In this document: positions 28,701-36,998 of the stretch, in pieces | Layout of the letters: each line of letters begins with the position of its first letter | Numbering within the stretch: the stretch's first letter is position 1 | Position numbers and translations under genes: made by a program | Source of the DNA: an uncultured Anaerolineales bacterium | GTDB taxonomy: Bacteria > Planctomycetota > Phycisphaerae > FEN-1346 | Reading direction: 5' to 3' | Assembly (NCBI GenBank): GCA_964461715.1 | Contig: CAYWVR010000006.1 | Span: 55,923 to 119,922 of the forward strand | DNA length: 64,000 nt | The notes under the pieces: model-generated | Database searches by the model: none | What the model saw: only the letters and a program-made list of their open reading frames with translations | What the model was told of the DNA's origin: nothing

Positions 28701-29936
28701 AGCGACCCGACCGTCCCCCCCGCCGTCGCCGGCGAGTACCTTTACGTGGCCGACGGCGGCGACCCGGTGGGGGGCTTCGGCGGCACGACGACGCACGGCC
28801 GGATGGCGGTGCTCGAGCTCCTGCCCGAGCCCGCCGACGGATGGTCCCGCCTCCGGATGCACACGCCGACGCATAGCGGCGCGTGGGGCTTGGCGGCCCT
28901 GGTGTCGCGGAACACGATCGGCCGCACCCGGGCCGCCCCCGTCTTCGAGGGCGATCGCATGTTCCTCCGCGCCTACGACGCCGTCACCTGTGTTGGCGTC
29001 ACCGACGCGCGCGGCAAGCAGTATGCCCTGGAGCAGTGGGCCGCGACGACCGTCAAGGAGCTGATCGGGCAGCGCCCGAAGCCGCCGAAAGCGATCGAGC
29101 CGGCCGGCTCCGACGCGCCGCCCGCCTCCGACCGGGTGCCGGTCGTGCGGGCCGCGGCGGGGGGACGGGCCGACGACTGGCTCGTCCTCGGGCCCTTGCC
29201 GCGCGAAGGCGCCGAGGAGAACGTCCTGGCCTCCCTCGGCGGCCCGGCCGAGGCGCGACCGGAGGCGGGGACGAAGGTGGCCCTCGGCGACCGGACCCTC
29301 ACGTTCCGCCGCGTCCAGCCCGAGCACTTCGTCGAGCCGGGAAAGCTCGATCTGGCGGCGGCCCTGGAGGGCAACCGCGACTGCGCAGCGTACCTGTACA
29401 CGATGCTCGAGGTGGGGCGGCGGCAGGACGTGCGGTACGTGCCGAGCGCCCCGGTCGTCGCCACGTGGATCGGCGGGCGGCCGGTGGTCCGCGACGACAT
29501 CGTGCACCTGGACGTGGGCTACGTCCCGATGCTCCTCAGGGTCCGCCTGGAGCGGGTGCCGGCGTTCGTCCAGCCGAAGCTGGAGCTGGGCTTTCAGCGT
29601 CCGCGACTGACGTTCGACACGCCGGAGCTCTGGGCCGCGCGCGTCGAGCGCCTGCGGGAGCGCCTCGAGGATATCTGCCGCACGTTGCCCGGCACGACCT
29701 ACGCGCGGTCGGCCCGAGTAAGCCTGGAGGGGGCGGGCCTGGCGGCGCCGGAGAAGGCGGGGACGCCGGCGCCGGCGGCAACGCCCGGCGCCTCGCCCGA
29801 GCCCGCCCCGACGCGGTCCGCTTCGGGGCGTCGGAAGGAATCGGGCGGGAGCCCGGCGTGGATTCTGGTCGGGGCGGGAGGGGTGGTGGCGGCCGGGATC
29901 GTCTTCATCCTTCTGCGTCAGCGGCGTCCGACGTAG
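25713..29936 (+). CDS. 1407-aa secreted multi-domain protein with PQQ-like beta-propeller repeats, two beta-sandwich modules and a C-terminal TM anchor
   Basis: The ATG at 25713 gives MPRLILWPVLVAVLAAPVLASP (signal peptide). BamB/PQQ-like repeats are present (RDGRLYVTAEPNVLFALDASSGEIVWQ; TADRVYVTFGTGVAACFTTEGEPVW; LAGGKLVVQG). The module WRMVGPFG...YAATEITSDA...MVWLNETLVYKS is present, with a second copy at DDWLVLGPLP. The C-terminal TM is WILVGAGGVVAAGIVFILLRQRR. Confidence 0.75.
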   Translation: MPRLILWPVLVAVLAAPVLASPAGDVRELESIRQDLRDRLRARAAEDAKVEPPRDVRLDVDPGLARGRMRLILRRQGGRWHLRGIEGGPKGAENVTVDASGLEWVENRLAGPVVVAWGGEEEPDEEPAEGEEAETEALPAAAAAQTFRIEARVAPAEERLVLALERFQGRHDWVLAYRRDADAWVFDRELETPRHLTSGGPFRRQFSRLEPDAEGRFDGRIHLTYTGDQERHVEAYTGHPPRVTFSGRLVDGRVDRTWLLEAPGGKGLLGSGQDRLSGALRTAQIEGRARSEGAKGVWIAAVRGAVMPAPADPVASLVAADAGTPPSDPAAATVRAAEVYDEILALDMTLREYPMPLTDALSRVLVPAPEWPKDAPVDAMGDYTAALLAQAKKTLEPGEGDVPLGRVGPDDPTFGPFYGLASEEPLPDRNRVPKVGDGPQAWRAVAEWRMVGPFGVHDQEADVRYPELADVPAAFRRARVFTSREGEAETVEDAAPWIEPVFDGATVAAPQTREASAGSLRYLAWYAATEITSDAAQTAWMAMTLQGQGMVWLNETLVYKSGPDFDARVPAVFQVRLAKGRNRLLVRCASNRASNSRGGAVDYLNGHSPRPAGRIDFTTFALHVATQGAPGDNAGDSSAVAPPADAPRRYRRDGSGVYPEATPPPAWDLERGINVVWRTPLPEGLAEPVVRDGRLYVTAEPNVLFALDASSGEIVWQREIEAPPLPKGAKLGRGRTATVSPVVTADRVYVTFGTGVAACFTTEGEPVWTTPTGAPWAGTNLGSPILAGGKLVVQGHRPGGDEGKYAVLALDARAGTILWAATGPAKRTTTKYDRPAGLGNGLALVRLARGQATRTLVVTGDGAVLDLADGAMLHRDIFTIEATRGAPYVDGDVVYAAPVMGEEAVRLWLDARGRVGARTLWVNPPMFGLGQVRTVRAWGEHHWMAEPVVVDGLLYVVRVDKAHVPGHHNLAWTQLETFDAGTGDRLTRKRAVLRDASDPTVPPAVAGEYLYVADGGDPVGGFGGTTTHGRMAVLELLPEPADGWSRLRMHTPTHSGAWGLAALVSRNTIGRTRAAPVFEGDRMFLRAYDAVTCVGVTDARGKQYALEQWAATTVKELIGQRPKPPKAIEPAGSDAPPASDRVPVVRAAAGGRADDWLVLGPLPREGAEENVLASLGGPAEARPEAGTKVALGDRTLTFRRVQPEHFVEPGKLDLAAALEGNRDCAAYLYTMLEVGRRQDVRYVPSAPVVATWIGGRPVVRDDIVHLDVGYVPMLLRVRLERVPAFVQPKLELGFQRPRLTFDTPELWAARVERLRERLEDICRTLPGTTYARSARVSLEGAGLAAPEKAGTPAPAATPGASPEPAPTRSASGRRKESGGSPAWILVGAGGVVAAGIVFILLRQRRPT

Positions 29937-29962
29937 GAGTAGGCCCCGGCCTCGGGCGGGCC

Positions 29963-30730
29963 TCAATCGAAGGGCGACCCGCCGCCTCCGTCGGTTTCCT
30001 CGCGTTTCCAGAGCTTCTCGGACTCGGTCAGGAGGGCGTCGATAAACTTGATGCCCGCCCGGTACGTCATGTCGTTCTCGCTACGGAAGACCTTGGCCGG
30101 GTGGCCGGCCTCCTTGCCCTGGAGGGGGACCTGGAGGAGGCGGCTCTCGGCGGGGGCCTCGCGGTTGACGTAGGGTCGGATGGCCACGAGGTTCTGGGCC
30201 CGCGTCCTCTGGGCATTCGGGTTCGTGCGGGTAAGGATGAACTTCGCCTCGCGGTTGCCGCCCCCGTGACAACTCGTCCGGGCGCAGGAGTTGATGAGGC
30301 GGCCCTGGAACTCGCCGAAGGCCTCCATGACCTCGCGCGTCTCGGTCTCGTAGACCCGGGCGACCTGCTCGTCCGTCAGGTCCGGGGCGATCATGGTGGG
30401 GATCGCCTCGGCGTCTCCCTCGCCCTCGGTCGTCTCGGGGCGAATCTCCTCGGCGGGCTTGCCGCTCAGGAGGTATGCGAGGTACTTGGCCCGGACGTCC
30501 TTGGGGGCGAGCTTGAGGGCGGCGACGGCGTGCTTCATGGCCTCGTCGCGCAGGTCGTTCTGATAGCACCATCTGGCCAACTGGTAGAGGGCCTCGGCGC
30601 TGGCCATGTCGGTGTCCCTGAGACGGGCCTCGTACTGGCGCTGGATGGAATCGAGCTGGGCGAGGGCCCCGGCGCCGATGCCCAGGATGAGGGCCAGAAC
30701 CGCGATCGCCGCCATGTGTTTGCCGGCCAT
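29963..30730 (-). CDS. N-terminally anchored protein with TPR-like helix and degenerate cytochrome-c-like segment; unknown function
   Basis: The N-terminus MAGKHMAAIAVLALILGIGAGALA is a TM or signal sequence. The segment ALYQLARWCYQNDLRDEAMKHAVAALKLAP is TPR-like. NSCARTSCHGGGN recalls planctomycete cytochrome-c-type domains but lacks CxxCH. Confidence 0.6.
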   Translation of the reverse strand: MAGKHMAAIAVLALILGIGAGALAQLDSIQRQYEARLRDTDMASAEALYQLARWCYQNDLRDEAMKHAVAALKLAPKDVRAKYLAYLLSGKPAEEIRPETTEGEGDAEAIPTMIAPDLTDEQVARVYETETREVMEAFGEFQGRLINSCARTSCHGGGNREAKFILTRTNPNAQRTRAQNLVAIRPYVNREAPAESRLLQVPLQGKEAGHPAKVFRSENDMTYRAGIKFIDALLTESEKLWKREETDGGGGSPFD

Positions 30731-30979
30731 GCGTCACCGCCTTTCGTGTGCGTTCTTCGTGTGCACAGAGTAACGTCGGGATACGCACGCTGCAAGCCGA
30801 ATCGGGGGGGCGATGCCCCGGGTTGTCTTGCTGCCGCGGGGCGGAGGATTCGGATGCCGAGCTTCTTGAACCGTTCGGCCATTTCGTGGCGGTCCGTGGC
30901 GCCGGTTCCCCCCGGCGGCCGGCGTCGGGCCGTTCGACCGTACCTCGAGAATCGACGATCGGAGATAAAGAAATGCCCT

Positions 30980-31675
30980 TCACCTGAAGAGCGCGGTCCC
31001 GACCCTGACCATCGTCGCGCCTTCCTCCGCGGCCACCTCGTAGTCGCTCGTCATGCCCATGGAGAGCTCGGCGAGGGGCTGGGGGAGGGCGGCGGTGCGG
31101 TTGAGGCGATCCATGAGGTCGCGGAGGCCGGCGAAGACGGGGCGGACCGTCTCGGCCTCCTCGACGAAGGGGGCCATGGTCATCAGGCCCACCAGGTCCA
31201 CCGATTCGAGGGCCGCCACCTCCTCGGCCACGGCCTGTGCTTCCCCGGGCGCGACGCCCCACTTCGCCTCCTCGCCCGAGACGTTGACCTCCAGGAGGAC
31301 GGGCGGTCGGGCGTTGGCGGCCTCGGCGCGCTTCGCGATCTCGCGGGCCAGGCGCACCGAATCGACGCTGTGGATCATGACGGCCTGCGGCACGACAACC
31401 TTGACCTTGTTCCGCTGGAGGTGGCCGATCATGTGCCATCGGAGGCCGAGGTCCGCCAGTTCGGCGGCCCGTTCGCGGAGGGCTTGGGCCCGGTTCTCGC
31501 CGACGTCCCGGTGTCCGGCCTCGGCGAGGACGCGGATCGCCTCCGGGCCGACGGTCTTGGTTACCGCGACGAGGCGCGCCGCCTCGGGAGGGCGGCCGCT
31601 TCGAGCGGTGGCGGCGGCGAGGCGCTCGGTGACCTCGCGGAGGTTCGCGCGGATGCGGTCGGGATCGAAGTCCAT
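30980..31675 (-). CDS. yggS: YggS-family pyridoxal-phosphate-binding protein
   Basis: VAVTKTVGPE ... VGENRAQAL ... WHMIGHLQRNKVK ... LLEVNVSGEEAKWG ... LSMGMTSDYEVA matches the YggS/PLPBP family over its whole length. Confidence 0.9.
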   Translation of the reverse strand: MDFDPDRIRANLREVTERLAAATARSGRPPEAARLVAVTKTVGPEAIRVLAEAGHRDVGENRAQALRERAAELADLGLRWHMIGHLQRNKVKVVVPQAVMIHSVDSVRLAREIAKRAEAANARPPVLLEVNVSGEEAKWGVAPGEAQAVAEEVAALESVDLVGLMTMAPFVEEAETVRPVFAGLRDLMDRLNRTAALPQPLAELSMGMTSDYEVAAEEGATMVRVGTALFR

Positions 31676-31865
31676 GGCCCCTCCAGTGTATCAGAAAACG
31701 AGGTCCAGCCGGGCCAGGCCGAAGCCTTTTTCCCCGCCGCCGACGTAGACGAGCCACCTCGGGCCGCCCTACGCAAGCGGCAGCGGGTCGCGGTGATCTT
31801 CATGGGAGCGGAGGCTAGCCCGGGGCCGCGAAGGGGGTCAAGCGTGGCGGGCGCGGCGATTCCGG

Positions 31866-31894
31866 TTGACCCCGGGCCCCGGCCGGCCGAGAAT
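31866..31894 (+). promoter_or_regulatory. Sigma70-like promoter upstream of glnA (TTGACC-N17-GAGAAT)
   Basis: TTGACC lies at 31866-31871 and GAGAAT at 31889-31894, about 30 nt upstream of the glnA start. The track ORF start at 31866 is this TTG. Confidence 0.45.
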
Positions 31895-31925
31895 GGCGCT
31901 TTGCCTTTCGCGAAAGGAGATGGTG

Positions 31926-33260
31926 ATGGCCTCACACGACGAGCTTCGCGCCCAGGTCCTTCAGCGGGCCCGCGAGGAGAAGGTCCGGTTCATCCGGTTG
32001 TGGTTCACGGACCTGTTGGGGAGCCTGAAGAGCTTCGCCATCACGGCCGACGAGCTGGAGGGGGCCCTGGAGGAGGGCATGGGCTTCGACGGCAGCTCCA
32101 TCCACGGCTTCGCCCGCATCGACGAGAGCGACATGATCGCGCGGCCCGACCCGTCGACGTTCGTCGTGCTGCCCTGGCGGCCGCAGACGGCCCCGGTGGC
32201 CCGCATGTTCTGCGACGTGGTGACCCCCGAGGGCGAGCCGTACGTGGGCTGTCCGCGGAACGCCCTGAAGCGGGCCCTGGCGCGGGCGGCCGAGGCGGGC
32301 TACACGATGAACGTCGGCCCGGAGGCCGAGTACTTCTACTTCAAGAGCTCCACCTGCACCGAGCCGCTCGACGCCGGCGGGTACTTCGACCTGACGCCGC
32401 TCGACGTTGCCAGCGACCTGAGGTCCGAGACCGTCCAGACGCTCGAGGCGATGGGCATCCCCGTCGAGTACAGCCACCACGAGGTGGCCCCGAGCCAGCA
32501 CGAGATCGACCTGCGGTACGCCGACGCCCTGACGATGGCCGACTCGCTCATGACGTACCGGCTGGTCGTCAAGGAGGTGGCCCTGAATCACGGCGTCCAC
32601 GCGACGTTCATGCCGAAGCCGCTGTTCGGCCAGAACGGGAGCGGCATGCACGTGCACCAGAGCCTCTCCGCGGGCGGGCGGAACGTCTTCTACGACGCCG
32701 CCGACCCCATGTACCTCTCGGGCGTGGCGCGAGGGTACGTGGCGGGGGTGATGAGGCACGCGCGGGAGATCATCGGGGTCTGCGCCCAGTGGGTCAACTC
32801 GTACAAGCGGCTCGTGCCGGGGTACGAGGCCCCCGTCTACATCTCCTGGGCCCGCCGCAACCGAAGCGCCATGATCCGCGTCCCCATGTACAAGCCCGGC
32901 AAGGAGAAGGCCACGCGCATCGAGTTCCGCGCCCCGGACCCGGCGTGCAACCCGTACCTGGCGTTCGCCGTGATGCTGCACGCGGGCCTCGAGGGCATCG
33001 AGCAGGGCTACGACCTGCCGGACCCCGTCGAGCAGGACATCTACGAGATGACCGAGGAGGAACGGGTCGACCGCGAGATCGAGAACCTGCCGGGGAGCCT
33101 GTACGAGGCGATCGAGGAGATGGAATCGAGCGAGATGATGCGCCGGGCCCTCGGCGACCACATCTACGAGAAGTTCATCGAGAACAAGCGGATCGAGTGG
33201 GACGCCTACCGGACGCAGGTCCACGCGTACGAGCTGGACAAGTACCTCGGGGTGCTGTAG
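31926..33260 (+). CDS. glnA: Glutamine synthetase, type I
   Basis: VRFIRLWFTDLLGSLKSF ... GFDGSSIHGF ... FMPKPLFGQNGSGMHVHQSL ... SWARRNRSAMIRVP matches GS-I. An AGGAG ribosome-binding site lies 6 nt before the ATG at 31926; an alternative ATG lies at 31920. Confidence 0.92.
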   Translation: MASHDELRAQVLQRAREEKVRFIRLWFTDLLGSLKSFAITADELEGALEEGMGFDGSSIHGFARIDESDMIARPDPSTFVVLPWRPQTAPVARMFCDVVTPEGEPYVGCPRNALKRALARAAEAGYTMNVGPEAEYFYFKSSTCTEPLDAGGYFDLTPLDVASDLRSETVQTLEAMGIPVEYSHHEVAPSQHEIDLRYADALTMADSLMTYRLVVKEVALNHGVHATFMPKPLFGQNGSGMHVHQSLSAGGRNVFYDAADPMYLSGVARGYVAGVMRHAREIIGVCAQWVNSYKRLVPGYEAPVYISWARRNRSAMIRVPMYKPGKEKATRIEFRAPDPACNPYLAFAVMLHAGLEGIEQGYDLPDPVEQDIYEMTEEERVDREIENLPGSLYEAIEEMESSEMMRRALGDHIYEKFIENKRIEWDAYRTQVHAYELDKYLGVL

Positions 33261-33332
33261 GCCCGTGAGCCGCGCTCGTACGACCGCGGGCCCGTTCGCA
33301 CAGCGTGCATGCTCGCATGCCGCGCAGACCAC

Positions 33333-33365
33333 AAAAACGGGGTCGCGCCTGCCGTCGGCGCGACC
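33333..33365 (-). terminator. Intrinsic-terminator-like hairpin for the minus-strand beta-propeller gene
   Basis: A perfect 9-bp stem GGTCGCGCC / GGCGCGACC (33341-33349 / 33357-33365) has a 7-nt loop. On the minus strand it is followed by GTTTTTGT (33332-33339). Confidence 0.55.
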
Positions 33366-33397
33366 GTGCCGTTCCCCCCTTGCGTGACGGGCTTGGC

Positions 33398-34246
33398 CTA
33401 CGGTGCGACCCAGAGGTCGGGATAGGCGACCTTGCCCTCCCAGCTGACGCGCCAGACGCGGTTGGCGGACACGTGGACGACGTAGGCCTCGTGGGCCTTG
33501 CCCTCGCCCTCGCAGGCGATCCACTCGGCGTGGTTGGACCAGTGGTGGTTGTCCCAGCCGCGGTCGGGGCTCATCGTTTTCGTGGTGATCTTCGTTTGCC
33601 GCTTGCCGTCCCAGGTGCGGAGGGTCGCGTCGCGGTGGCCGCCGTTGTTGTTCATCAGGAGCCGCCCGTCCGGCGAGACGCCCGGCGAGCATCCCCGGGC
33701 GTACTTGCGGTGCGTGCCCTTGGCCACGTCGACGGCGAAGAGGCCGTTGCCCCAGCGGCAGGCCATCCGCGACCCGTCCGCCGAGAAGCACGCCGACCCG
33801 GAATACGTGCCGGGCAGGCCGAGGGAGCGGGTCGTGCCGGTTTCGACGTCGACGGCGTGGAATCCGCCCTTCGTTTTCCAGTAGACGATCTCGCGGTTGT
33901 TGGTGTGGAACTCGACGGGGCACCCGTCCTTCTGGTCGGCCCCGGAGACGAGCTTGGTGCGTCCCGAGCCGTCGGCGGCGACGCAGTAGACGTCGCCCCT
34001 GTGCCAGACGGCGACGCGCTTCCCGTCGGGGGCCCACCGGGCGAAGTCGCCGGGACCGAGGTCGACGGGCGTCCACTCGCCGAGGACGACCTTTCGGATG
34101 TGACCCTGGCGGGCGTAGACGACGGCCCCGCGGATCTCGCGCACGAGGGCTTCGGCGTCCGCCTTTTCCTTGCCTTCCGGGCCGGCGGCGAGGGCGGCGG
34201 CCAGACCGGCGACGAGCAACGGTGGAATCCAGGCGCGGTGTCTCAT
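33398..34246 (-). CDS. Secreted TolB-like (PD40/WD40-like) beta-propeller protein
   Basis: The signal peptide is MRHRAWIPPLLVAGLAAALAAG. PD40-type repeats recur (WAPDGKRVAVW, FSADGSRMACR, VSPDGRLLMNN). Confidence 0.7.
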   Translation of the reverse strand: MRHRAWIPPLLVAGLAAALAAGPEGKEKADAEALVREIRGAVVYARQGHIRKVVLGEWTPVDLGPGDFARWAPDGKRVAVWHRGDVYCVAADGSGRTKLVSGADQKDGCPVEFHTNNREIVYWKTKGGFHAVDVETGTTRSLGLPGTYSGSACFSADGSRMACRWGNGLFAVDVAKGTHRKYARGCSPGVSPDGRLLMNNNGGHRDATLRTWDGKRQTKITTKTMSPDRGWDNHHWSNHAEWIACEGEGKAHEAYVVHVSANRVWRVSWEGKVAYPDLWVAP

Positions 34247-34345
34247 GGCACGGGATTATACGAGGGACGGCGGGCGGCCGGCAACCGCCGCTTGCGGGTC
34301 GTTTCACTCCCTCTCCCCTTGTGGGAAGGGGGGGAGGCCGACATG

Positions 34346-34822
34346 TTACCGCTCATACTTTCCCGTCAACCGCGTCTCGCCCAGGAGGTGGCCGGCCATG
34401 GCGTTGATAAGGTCGCGCTTGGAGGACCCGGCGGGGAGATCGATCCGGTTGTTGAGGGCATAGAGGGTGAAGTAGTAGCGGTGCGGGCCGTGGCCGGGCG
34501 GGGGCATGGGGCCGCGGTACCCGAAGTGGTCGTCGGACCAACTGTTGGCGCCCTGGCGTGCCCCGTCGAGGGAGGGAATCTCTTTCTTTCGCGGCAGGCC
34601 CTCGGGCAGATCGGTGCGCGAGCCGGGGACGTTCCAGAGGACCCAGTGAACCCAGGTTCCGTTCGGGGCGTCGGGGTCGTCGCAGATCAGGGCGAAGGCC
34701 TGCGTGCCGCTCGGCGCGTCGCGCCACTGGAGCGGGGGACTGACGTCCTGCCCCTCGCCGGTGTGTTTCTTGGGGATGGGTTGGTTGTGCTCGAACGCGG
34801 GGCTCGACACTTCGAAGCTCAT
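34346..34822 (-). CDS. YbhB/YbcL-family (PEBP, Raf-kinase-inhibitor-like) protein
   Basis: LICDDPDAPNGTWVHW ... GYRGPMPPPGHGPHRYYFTLYAL carries the DPDxP and HRY signatures of bacterial PEBPs. This is the C-terminal part of track ORF 34346..37006. An in-frame upstream GTG at 34948 would add a signal-like extension. Confidence 0.85.
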   Translation of the reverse strand: MSFEVSSPAFEHNQPIPKKHTGEGQDVSPPLQWRDAPSGTQAFALICDDPDAPNGTWVHWVLWNVPGSRTDLPEGLPRKKEIPSLDGARQGANSWSDDHFGYRGPMPPPGHGPHRYYFTLYALNNRIDLPAGSSKRDLINAMAGHLLGETRLTGKYER

Positions 34823-35095
34823 GGAAGCCTCCTTTCCTTCGGGGTCCGGGGCCGTTTCGGGGGCGGCGGGCTGGTCCGGGGCACAGCCGGCGGCCGGCAC
34901 CCGGGCCGCCAGGACGGCCCAAGCCGCTTTGGGACCGCGTGGCTCCACGCCCTCAGCATACCACGTCCCCGACGCCGCCGGCGACGAGAATCGAAACCGT
35001 TGTATGGGCGCGGCGGGGCGGGGCGGGTATACTCGGGGCCGCCGGCCGTTCCATCGAAGGTCGTAAATCAAAATCGAGAAATCCCGGAGGAAGCC

Positions 35096-36958
35096 ATGCC
35101 TCACCCGCGTCCGCTCACCCCGGCCCTGGTCGGCCTTCTCGCCTTCTCGGCCGCCTGGGACATCCCCAAGCCCTCGACGTCCCCTCCCCCCGGGGCCGAG
35201 GCGGCCCCCGCGTCCAGCCCGGCCACCTACCCGGACGAGGCGGGGTTCCAGGCCCGGGCGCAGGCGGCCATCAAGGCCGTGGCCGACGGCGGGCTCCAGA
35301 AGTGGCGCGAGGGATATTTCCGCGGCGGCGACCCCGGCAAGTACCTGCCCGGCCACGCCATGGCCAAGCTGCTGCTGGACCCGACGGACCCCGAGGCCGT
35401 CCGCTATATGAACGACGACCGCTCGCCGAAGGAGCATTACCACTTCGCGGCGGTCAACTGGGCCCGGTTCCTGCCACGGTTCGGCGAGGTCCTGACCGAG
35501 AAGACCCACGAGACCCTCGCCGAGCAGGCCGCCAAGTACGGCTCCTATCACTCCGGCGGCGGGACCGAGAATCACAAGATCATGTGGTACACGAGCGCCC
35601 TGGTGATGCCCCATTACCTGAAGGGCAGCGGCATGCTCGGCCGCATGGGCAAGGACGCGGTCCTCAAGAAGATGAAGGAGGTCCTGCGCCGGTACGTCAA
35701 GGGCCTGTACGCGGTGGGGCAGGGGGAGTGGGACTCCTCGACGTACCTTTCCTTCGACTTGAACGGGATGCTCAACGTCTACGACTTCTCGCCCGACCCC
35801 GAGACGCGCCTGCTGGCGAAGGCAGCCCTGGACTGGTACGTGGCGGCGTACGCCCTCAAGTACCGCGACGGGCTCTACATGGCCCCGAATCAGCGGGGCT
35901 TCGCCACGGAGCCGTGCGAGAAGATCACCGACAACACGGGCTGCCTCTGGTGGGGCTCGAATCATACGCCCACGCACGAGGCGATGCGCGACTGGCGTTA
36001 CACCCTCGCGCCCGTCACCAGCGCCTACCGGCCCAACAAGGTCCTGACGGCCCTGGCGCGCAAGGACCTGCCGCACCTGGCCTTCGAGTCCCGCAACACG
36101 AAGCCGAATTACTGGTTCGGCCAGGGCAAGGAGCCCGACGCGAACCATTCGCAGGAGACGGTGTACGTGGCGGCCCACTACTCGATGGGCGTCGAGTGGG
36201 ACCGGGCCTGGGGACAGTTCGCCGACGGCCGCGTCTTCGACCAGCGGGCCCGGTTCCAGATCGTCGCCTCCTCGCCCCGGGGGGGCATCATGATGACGGG
36301 CGGCCACCCCTGGGAGCACCATTACCAGGACCGCAAGGGCAAGTACGACCAGCGGGCCGCCTGCGGCGCCGCCATGATGTGCCTGACGGAGGTCCCGGAG
36401 GACACCTCTCCCGACTACGCCTTCTTCTCCGTCCCCGCCGGGGCCGAACCCGTCGAGCGCGACGGGTGGTTCTTCATGGAGGTCGGCGGGGCGTACGTCG
36501 CGGTGCGCGGGCTCGGGGAGAAGGCCGGTCTCGGGGAGACCGTGCTCTCGGAGAAGCAGAAGAAGCGGGGCCGCGAGCCGCAGCCGATTCTCCGCTTCGA
36601 CGGCCGCCGCACCGGCTTCGTCTGCCAGACGGCCGACCGCTCGGAGTTCGCGAGTCTGCCCCTGTTCGTCGCCGCCGTCACCACGAAGTGCCGCCTCGAC
36701 GACTCGGGCCGGCCCCGCGATCGCCGCGTCGCGTTCACGACGCTGGACGGCCGCACCCTCGAGATGACCTATCGCCCCGGCGCCCAGACCGCCGCCGTCC
36801 GGATCGACGGCCGGGATGTGGACCTCCAGACGTGGTCCGTCTACGACGGCCCGTACCTGAAGCAGAAGGGCGGCGTGATGACCGTCCACGACGGCGAGAC
36901 GGGCTATCGCGTGGACTTCACGGGCGAGATGCCCGTCTATACGCCCTATACGCCCTGA
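35096..36958 (+). CDS. Secreted protein of unknown function (620 aa)
   Basis: A GGAGGAAG ribosome-binding site precedes the ATG at 35096. The N-terminus MPHPRPLTPALVGLLAFSAAW is signal-like and is followed by a Pro/Ala linker. The body has well-balanced composition (e.g. GGGTENHKIMWYTSALVMPHYL). No family is recognised. Confidence 0.65.
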   Translation: MPHPRPLTPALVGLLAFSAAWDIPKPSTSPPPGAEAAPASSPATYPDEAGFQARAQAAIKAVADGGLQKWREGYFRGGDPGKYLPGHAMAKLLLDPTDPEAVRYMNDDRSPKEHYHFAAVNWARFLPRFGEVLTEKTHETLAEQAAKYGSYHSGGGTENHKIMWYTSALVMPHYLKGSGMLGRMGKDAVLKKMKEVLRRYVKGLYAVGQGEWDSSTYLSFDLNGMLNVYDFSPDPETRLLAKAALDWYVAAYALKYRDGLYMAPNQRGFATEPCEKITDNTGCLWWGSNHTPTHEAMRDWRYTLAPVTSAYRPNKVLTALARKDLPHLAFESRNTKPNYWFGQGKEPDANHSQETVYVAAHYSMGVEWDRAWGQFADGRVFDQRARFQIVASSPRGGIMMTGGHPWEHHYQDRKGKYDQRAACGAAMMCLTEVPEDTSPDYAFFSVPAGAEPVERDGWFFMEVGGAYVAVRGLGEKAGLGETVLSEKQKKRGREPQPILRFDGRRTGFVCQTADRSEFASLPLFVAAVTTKCRLDDSGRPRDRRVAFTTLDGRTLEMTYRPGAQTAAVRIDGRDVDLQTWSVYDGPYLKQKGGVMTVHDGETGYRVDFTGEMPVYTPYTP

Positions 36959-36998
36959 AGCCCGGGGCCTCCGGCGGCCCCCCGGGCTGGGAGGGATC

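Noticed and set aside
31866-31925. N-terminal extension of glnA from the track start at 31866 (MTPGPGRPRMALCLSRKE...).
   Set aside because: The TTG at 31866 coincides with the -35 hexamer of a good promoter. The AGGAG ribosome-binding site sits just before the ATG at 31926, and the GS-I homology begins there.
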